The position numbers and the translations under genes are program-made. 64,000 nucleotides of DNA, from assembly GCA_001770205.1 (NCBI GenBank), contig MEQL01000035.1, positions 1 to 64,000 of the forward strand. Direction: 5' to 3'. This stretch comes from Bdellovibrionales bacterium RIFOXYD12_FULL_39_22. GTDB lineage: Bacteria > Bdellovibrionota > Bacteriovoracia > Bacteriovoracales > Bacteriovoracaceae. This document shows, one piece after another, positions 58,006 through 64,000 of this stretch. Position 1 is the first letter of the stretch; each line of letters opens with the position of its first letter. Under the pieces are notes generated by a model. The model saw only the letters and a program-made list of their open reading frames with translations. It made no database searches and was not told the origin of the DNA.

Positions 58006-59051
58006 TAGAGAGTAAAAGATCCAAATATGACTTGATAAAGTTATTGAATTTTTTTAGTCAATATCGAGCATGGGAGATTGATAGTGAGTTATTTGAGGAC
58101 GTTAATAAGTTTTTATTTGAGCTGTTTAAGGCCAAGGCGCTATTGGTTATTTCGTATCCATACAAAGATTTAGGTGCAAGTAAAAAAAGTTCAGATGTTT
58201 CCCGCGTGATTTGGAAGAAAAATGAGGCAGACATTAAAATTTTTGGCGGGCAACTGGCAGAGATAATTAATTCTTATCAGTTGCTAGAAACGCCCAAAGA
58301 TATTCTGGTCGGCCGAAAGCGTATTGTTGTAGAATCTGACGTCCCTGAAAATTTATATTCCTTATATCTCGGTGATAATGATCGGCAGCGTTTTCTTATT
58401 ACGTTTGCCTGTGAACAAGAAATTATTTGCCAGGATATTTTGGTAGAGTATTTTATAAAGTTCATAAAAAATGCTTTTGAAAGTATTCAAAAATGGAAAT
58501 TGGTTGATCAGAATTCACGCTTGGCCAATATTGATGATGTAACTGGCCTTTATAATCAGCGAAAACTACAAAAGGATTTAGAAACTGCTATCGATCGTTA
58601 TAATGCTTCAGGATCGGGTTTTGCAATTTTATTTTTAGATATTGACCATTTCAAAGACGTTAATGATGGCCATGGGCATTTGGTTGGATCTCGTTTGTTG
58701 GCCGATTTGGCGGTTATTTTGAAAAGAATTTTACGAGAGTCTGATCTAATTTATCGTTATGGCGGAGATGAGTTTGTAATTATTGTTCCATCCGCCACCA
58801 CCGTTGACGGTAAGATTATTGGAGATCGATTGTTAGCGGGAATTATCGATAATGTTTTTAAAGTTCATGACCATAAAGAATTTAGGATTTCTGTTTCTAT
58901 TGGTGTCGCAAACTATCCAGATGATGCTAAAACCAAAGAGGATGTTCTCACCATCGCCGATCAAATGATGTATTATGCAAAAGCTCGTGGCCGCGGTAGA
59001 GTTTGCTATGCAGGAGATTTATTGGATAAACCTGGTAAGTTAGGAGCATAA
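58002..59051 (+). CDS. Diguanylate cyclase (GGDEF)
   Basis: DDVTGLYN, DIDHFKDVND.HGHL.G, RESD I-site, RYGGDEF, SIG. Confidence 0.94.
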   Translation: MIESKRSKYDLIKLLNFFSQYRAWEIDSELFEDVNKFLFELFKAKALLVISYPYKDLGASKKSSDVSRVIWKKNEADIKIFGGQLAEIINSYQLLETPKDILVGRKRIVVESDVPENLYSLYLGDNDRQRFLITFACEQEIICQDILVEYFIKFIKNAFESIQKWKLVDQNSRLANIDDVTGLYNQRKLQKDLETAIDRYNASGSGFAILFLDIDHFKDVNDGHGHLVGSRLLADLAVILKRILRESDLIYRYGGDEFVIIVPSATTVDGKIIGDRLLAGIIDNVFKVHDHKEFRISVSIGVANYPDDAKTKEDVLTIADQMMYYAKARGRGRVCYAGDLLDKPGKLGA

Positions 59052-59053
59052 AG

Positions 59054-60139
59054 GTGTTAATCCTGGTGGTTAGTGATTTTCATCTTGGTAAAGGCCAATT
59101 TCTAAAAAATGGGCAGCTCAATATTTTGGAAGATTTTAATGAAGATGATCGCTTTTGTGAGTTTTTAGAATACTATAGTTCTGGAACTAATTATTGGGCC
59201 AATGTTCATTTGGTTCTCAACGGAGATATTTTAAATTTAATTCAAATAGATATTGATGGAGTATTCTCTCATATTATCGATGAAGAGTTTACCGTTAAAT
59301 CATTAGCGAAAGTGGCCAATGGGCATAAGGCCTTTTTTGCGGCCTTAAAATCATTTTTATCTAAACCCAATAAAAAAATCTCATACATTATTGGGAATCA
59401 TGATTTGGGAATGGCCTTTTTGGCCGCGCAAAAAAAATTTCAGGAACTATTAGAAGGAAATGTTGATTTCAGTTTTTCTCTTTCTTACGAAGGAATTCAC
59501 ATCGAGCATGGCCATCGCTTTGAAGTAATCAATGCTTGTTCGGAAGATCAAGTTTTTATAGAAGGGCCACATGGTAAGAAAATATTAAACTTACCGTGGG
59601 GATCACTTTTTTGCATATCACTTCTGCCAAAGTTGAAAAAACAGCGCCCCTACATTGACAAGGTTAGGCCAATGTCTGGCTATATTAAATGGGTTTCACT
59701 ACATGATCCAATTTATTTTATAAAAGTTTTTTGGATTTTGTTAAAATATTTTGTAACTACGAGAGTAGCAAATTACACTAGACAGAATAGAAATTTTAAA
59801 ACGACGATGAAGATACTAAATCAAATCACGATTTACCCTCAGTTTGGTCGACGGGCAAAGTCTATTTTAAATCATAATCCGTTGCTACACACCGTAATCA
59901 TGGGACACACCCATCTCTTTGAATGGAGAAAATTTCCTGAGAATAAATTATATTTTAATTCTGGCTCTTGGAATCCTATTCCATCGATAGATGCGGCCAT
60001 GCATCAAAGTTTGCGAAAGTTGACTTTTGTGGAGATTGATTTTAATTCTAAAACAAAAACTATCAGAGGTGCTTCTCTAAAAGATTGGCAGGGAAGATGG
60101 CGGCCCTATCGTGACGAAGTTTCAATGAGTTTTACTTAA
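59054..60139 (+). CDS. Calcineurin-like metallophosphoesterase (LpxH-like)
   Basis: SDFHLG, NGD, GNHD, EHGH, GHTH, NSGSW. Confidence 0.88.
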   Translation: MLILVVSDFHLGKGQFLKNGQLNILEDFNEDDRFCEFLEYYSSGTNYWANVHLVLNGDILNLIQIDIDGVFSHIIDEEFTVKSLAKVANGHKAFFAALKSFLSKPNKKISYIIGNHDLGMAFLAAQKKFQELLEGNVDFSFSLSYEGIHIEHGHRFEVINACSEDQVFIEGPHGKKILNLPWGSLFCISLLPKLKKQRPYIDKVRPMSGYIKWVSLHDPIYFIKVFWILLKYFVTTRVANYTRQNRNFKTTMKILNQITIYPQFGRRAKSILNHNPLLHTVIMGHTHLFEWRKFPENKLYFNSGSWNPIPSIDAAMHQSLRKLTFVEIDFNSKTKTIRGASLKDWQGRWRPYRDEVSMSFT

Positions 60140-61345
60140 AAGTTCGTCAATGCTTTTGATATGCTTGTCTGGCATTTTTACGTTGAGCATGGCCGACTTT
60201 ATATCCTTCAGTCCATTTCCCGTAATTAAAATTATCACCGAGTCATTTTTACTGATGCTATCCTTCACTCGCAAAAAGCCTGCAAATGATGTAGCTGCTG
60301 CTGGTTCGGCAAAGATGCCAGAGTTTTGTGCTAAATAAGATTGTGCTTGCAAAATTTCCTCATCAGAAACAGTAACTGTCTGTCCTTTGAACTCTTTTAA
60401 ATATTTTAGAGTGCGCCACCCATTGCGAGGAATATCGACTGAAATAGAGTCGGCAATGGTGTTGGCAGAAATTTTAGAAAAATGTCCCGAGGCCCATGCT
60501 CGATTAATGGCATCAGATCCAGTAGCTTGTACGCAGTGAATGGTTGGCATTTTTTTACTTAAACCTAATGCTATTAAGTCGGCAAAACCTTTGTAAACTC
60601 CAGTTATAATAACGCCATCACCAGTTGGTACAAAAACATGATCAGGAACGTTGGAGTCTAGCTGATTGAAAATTTCCAAGGAGACTGTTTTTTTTCCTTC
60701 TATAGTGAGAGGATTGTAGGCAGTGTTGCGCGAGAGGATTTTTTTGCGTTTAGAATATTCAAGAGAAATATCGAAGGCAAAATCATAATTACCATCTACA
60801 GTAATAACGTTGGCACCATACTTTATAGATTGTACAATTTTTGCGGGAGGAGCGCTTTTTGGGAGAAATAAAGTTATTTTTTGTCCGGCCGCAGCGCCCA
60901 CGCCAGACATCGAGGAGCCCGCATTGCCAGTGGAGGCAAGAGTAATTTCATTAATTTTATGTTTGTTAGCAAAAGCAGAGACTAAAAAAGAGGCCCGATC
61001 TTTAAATGATCCAGTGGGGTTGAGGGAATCATCTTTAATGAAAAGATTTTTAAATTCCAGGTGTTGTTTTAGAAGTGGTGGCCGCCAGAGGGGAGTATTG
61101 CCAACAGGCATGGGCAAAAAAAATTCTTGTTCTACTGGGAGAAAGTCAAAGATATTTGCGCTACTTTTAATTTTCTTATCGATAACAACATCTAAAATAC
61201 CCCGTGGGGGCTGGTCTGCGCTCTGTGGTATGACAGAGCAATTTGGACAAAGCATAAGTTCTGGAGTGATGGGATATTGGCCATCGCACACAGAGCATCG
61301 GTAGTGAAAGTTTTGTTTTGTTGCTTGTTCCGTGTGAGTCGACAT
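60122..61345 (-). CDS. Threonine-synthase-like PLP enzyme with N-terminal CxxC..CxxC
   Basis: NPTGSFKDRAS, ASTGNAG, EGKKT, VPTGDG, AEPAAA, TGNGLKD. Confidence 0.85.
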   Translation of the reverse strand: MSTHTEQATKQNFHYRCSVCDGQYPITPELMLCPNCSVIPQSADQPPRGILDVVIDKKIKSSANIFDFLPVEQEFFLPMPVGNTPLWRPPLLKQHLEFKNLFIKDDSLNPTGSFKDRASFLVSAFANKHKINEITLASTGNAGSSMSGVGAAAGQKITLFLPKSAPPAKIVQSIKYGANVITVDGNYDFAFDISLEYSKRKKILSRNTAYNPLTIEGKKTVSLEIFNQLDSNVPDHVFVPTGDGVIITGVYKGFADLIALGLSKKMPTIHCVQATGSDAINRAWASGHFSKISANTIADSISVDIPRNGWRTLKYLKEFKGQTVTVSDEEILQAQSYLAQNSGIFAEPAAATSFAGFLRVKDSISKNDSVIILITGNGLKDIKSAMLNVKMPDKHIKSIDELLSKTH

Positions 61346-61609
61346 AGAGGTTTAGCATATAAGGTTCATATGAAAACATCAATAATATCTTTTATATATT
61401 CAGGGCCTCCCGGCCTCGATGAAAATTTTGTGCAAAAGTTGCAACCAAAGACATGCGATAATAGATTACGGAATTAACAAAATGGAAAAGTACTTTGCCA
61501 GGCAAGGTAGTGCAGGCCAGATACCCTTGAGCTAACCTCGCCTGCGCTTATTAAATTTTGAATACCATGACAATTACCAAAGCAAAACAGTCAGAGATAA
61601 GAAATAGTA

Positions 61610-61629
61610 GCTGTTTTTATGAAAACAGC
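61610..61629. promoter_or_regulatory. Perfect inverted repeat in divergent intergenic region
   Basis: GCTGTTTT-TATG-AAAACAGC. Confidence 0.4.
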
Positions 61630-61798
61630 GCGAAAAATATTTTGAACAAACTAACTTTTGAGAGGGAAGATTAATCAACCGAGAATTGCTGGCGTAACAA
61701 CTTGAAGGTTGATTAAGCTCTCTTTTGGTAATAGAATTTTTGGTCTGCATTACATTGAGAAATAGTTATGACTACTATGATGACAAGGAAGGAGTTGT

Positions 61799-62896
61799 AT
61801 GAAGAAAGTATTGCGCGTTTTTGCGTTAGGAGGAAATGAAATTTCTCCAACTGGCGCTCAAGATCCAAAAACCAAAAAGCTGATTAATCCAGATTTGCCC
61901 AGTCAATGGCAAAGAACTTTTAAGACCAGTAAATTACTTGCAGAGATCATCGCTGCTCGGCCAGAAAATTATTACGTAATAACTCATGGTAATGGCCCAC
62001 AAGTCGGAAATATTTTATTGCGCTCGGAGTATTCGCGGCCCATCTTGCACACTATCCCTCTTGATGTTTGTGGCGCCGATTCTCAGGGGGGAATTGGTTA
62101 TATGATTGGGCAGATTACCCAAAATGCACTGCGGGCCTTGGGAGTAAATCGTTTAGTGGCCGAAACGCTAAATCAAGTAGTGGTACGGGCGGACGATCCG
62201 GCATTTTCGAATCCTACCAAATATATTGGCCCGGCAATGGGCAAGGAGGAGGCAGAAAAACGTGCATACGAAGATGGCTGGAAAGTTAAGATGTATAAAA
62301 AAAATGAGGACGGAGTAGAGGTTTATCGACGGGTAGTCCCCTCTCCCAAACCAGTAGATATCGTGGAATTGGATTTAATCGATTCCAATTTAAGAAATGG
62401 TATTGTCCCTATTGCGGTAGGCGGAGGAGGCATTCCAGTTAAGGAAGTTCCTGTGGAAAATCGACGTGGTAAAAAAGTCTCGGTGGCCAACTACAATATT
62501 GAATATGAAAGCACTTCGGAAAAAAGCTTGCCAGTTTATACTGGAGTTGAAGCGGTGATCGATAAGGATTTGGCCTCAGCACTTTTAGGAATAAAGCTTA
62601 AAGCAAAGGCCCAAGCACGAGGTGAAGATATCGATGCAGAATTTACTATTTTTACTGACGTGGACGGCGCAAAATTGGATTATCAAAAACCAACGCAAAA
62701 AGATTTGCGTCTTTTAACGGTAGCTCAGGCCGAAGAGTTGCTTCGAAGCGGCGCTTTTCCGGATGGAAGTATGGGGCCTAAAATTGAGGCGGCCATAATG
62801 TTCGTGAAAGGTGGTGGCAATAAGGCATACATCACCCGAGTGGATCTTTTTGAACAAACATTAAAACAAAATAGTGGCACGACAATTGTTCCATAA
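61799..62896 (+). CDS. arcC: Carbamate kinase (ArcC/YqeA)
   Basis: ALGGN, THGNGPQVG, NPTKYIGP, RRVVPSPKP, GGGGIPV, EAVIDKD, GSMGPKIEAA. Confidence 0.95.
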   Translation: MKKVLRVFALGGNEISPTGAQDPKTKKLINPDLPSQWQRTFKTSKLLAEIIAARPENYYVITHGNGPQVGNILLRSEYSRPILHTIPLDVCGADSQGGIGYMIGQITQNALRALGVNRLVAETLNQVVVRADDPAFSNPTKYIGPAMGKEEAEKRAYEDGWKVKMYKKNEDGVEVYRRVVPSPKPVDIVELDLIDSNLRNGIVPIAVGGGGIPVKEVPVENRRGKKVSVANYNIEYESTSEKSLPVYTGVEAVIDKDLASALLGIKLKAKAQARGEDIDAEFTIFTDVDGAKLDYQKPTQKDLRLLTVAQAEELLRSGAFPDGSMGPKIEAAIMFVKGGGNKAYITRVDLFEQTLKQNSGTTIVP

Positions 62897-62913
62897 ATTT
62901 CAGGAGAAGGAAA

Positions 62914-64000
62914 ATGAGCGAACTAAATCAGTTGATCGAAAACATTGAATTATTAAAACCATCTAATCTGCACAAGAAAGATTTTTTACTTACGTGGGAG
63001 AAGAGTGTCGATGACCTAAAACAAGTGCTAGCAGTCGCAGATGCTTTGAAATTTTTACATAAGCATAATATCAATACTCGCTGCTTTGAATCCGGACTGG
63101 CCGTATCTCTTTTTCGTGATAACTCTACGCGCACACGTTTCTCTTTTGCATCAGCAGTAAACTTGTTAGGCCTGGAGATGCAAGATTTGGAAGAGGGAAA
63201 ATCTCAAATAGCACACGGAGAGACGGTGCGCGAGACTGCCAATATGATTTCCTTTTTGACAGAGGTTATTGGGATTCGGGATGATATGTTTTTGGGGGCC
63301 GGTAATCGTTATATGAAAGAAGTTGGTGCTGCACTGGATGATGGATTTGCCAATGGGGTTTTAAATCAACGTCCGACGGTGGTAAATCTTCAATGTGATG
63401 TCGATCATCCTACGCAGTCAATGGCCGATCTGTGTTGGCTGCAAGAGCATTTTGGTTCACTAGAAAATTTAAAAGGAAAAAAAGTGGCAATGACCTGGGC
63501 CTACTCACCTAGCTATGGAAAACCGCTTTCTGTTCCGCAAGGAATAATTGGACTTTTAACCCGTTTTGGCATGGATGTAACACTTGCTCATCCCGAAGGA
63601 TATGGACTTATTCCCGAGGTAGTCGATTTGGCCGGAAAAAATGCGCGCGAAGGTGGAGGTAGTTTCCGCGTGGCCAACACGATGGAAGATGCGTTTAAGG
63701 GGGCGGATATTGTTTATCCAAAAAGTTGGGCACCATATGCTGTTATGGGAAGACGCACAGAGCTTTTGTCCAAACAAGATCATAACGGACTTAAGGATTT
63801 AGAGAAAAACTGTCTGGCGCAAAACGCTAATTTTAAAAATTGGGAGTGCAACGAAAAAATGATGAAGCTGACGAAAAATGGAAACGCGCTGTATATGCAC
63901 TGCCTACCAGCGGACATTTCAGGAGTTTCTTGTAAAGAGGGAGAAGTGGCCGCGTCAGTATTTGAAAAATATAGAGTGGCCACTTACAAAGAGGCCGGAT
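62914..64000 (+). CDS. ygeW: Knotted carbamoyltransferase YgeW (runs off the window end; absent from the ORF track)
   Basis: Hand translation gives DFLLTWEK, FRDNSTRTRFSF, HGETVRETANMISF, DHPTQSMAD, AYSPSYGKPLSVPQG, YPKSWAP, HCLPADI. Confidence 0.93.
   Translation, partial: MSELNQLIENIELLKPSNLHKKDFLLTWEKSVDDLKQVLAVADALKFLHKHNINTRCFESGLAVSLFRDNSTRTRFSFASAVNLLGLEMQDLEEGKSQIAHGETVRETANMISFLTEVIGIRDDMFLGAGNRYMKEVGAALDDGFANGVLNQRPTVVNLQCDVDHPTQSMADLCWLQEHFGSLENLKGKKVAMTWAYSPSYGKPLSVPQGIIGLLTRFGMDVTLAHPEGYGLIPEVVDLAGKNAREGGGSFRVANTMEDAFKGADIVYPKSWAPYAVMGRRTELLSKQDHNGLKDLEKNCLAQNANFKNWECNEKMMKLTKNGNALYMHCLPADISGVSCKEGEVAASVFEKYRVATYKEAG

Noticed and set aside
62928..63983. Three short minus-strand ORFs at the window end
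   Set aside because: Antisense to ygeW, which the ORF track missed because it has no stop codon within the window

Overview
AT-rich, densely coding chromosomal window, most likely from a Bdellovibrionota bacterium (probably Bacteriovoracia-like). This assignment is inferred from a Bd0055/Bd3044-type histone-fold gene, a Bd1075-type LD-carboxypeptidase and many lineage-typical hypothetical proteins. Core genes: mutS, lptC/A-lptB-rpoN-hpf, feoAB, cca, a biotin-dependent carboxyltransferase trio, yebC, exonuclease-DinG, ychJ, a partial chemosensory cluster (cheW-cheR-cheD-cheY-cheX), fliL, an M16 peptidase pair, a bactofilin/LD-carboxypeptidase cell-shape operon, a GGDEF operon, and the start of a carbamate kinase-ygeW purine-catabolism-type cluster. 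No rRNA, tRNA, CRISPR array or intact mobile element was seen. Most notable: (1) a zinc-finger-histone-fold fusion overlapping a NadD-like gene; (2) strong GGCC over-representation throughout; (3) a shared sigma28-like promoter before two Cys-rich lipoproteins; (4) an M28-M1 double peptidase; (5) a tandem PBECR2-like protein; (6) a rhomboid lacking its catalytic residues; (7) a eukaryote-type UGPase; (8) a short IS66 scar absent from the ORF track. All family calls come from motifs recognised by eye, not from database searches.
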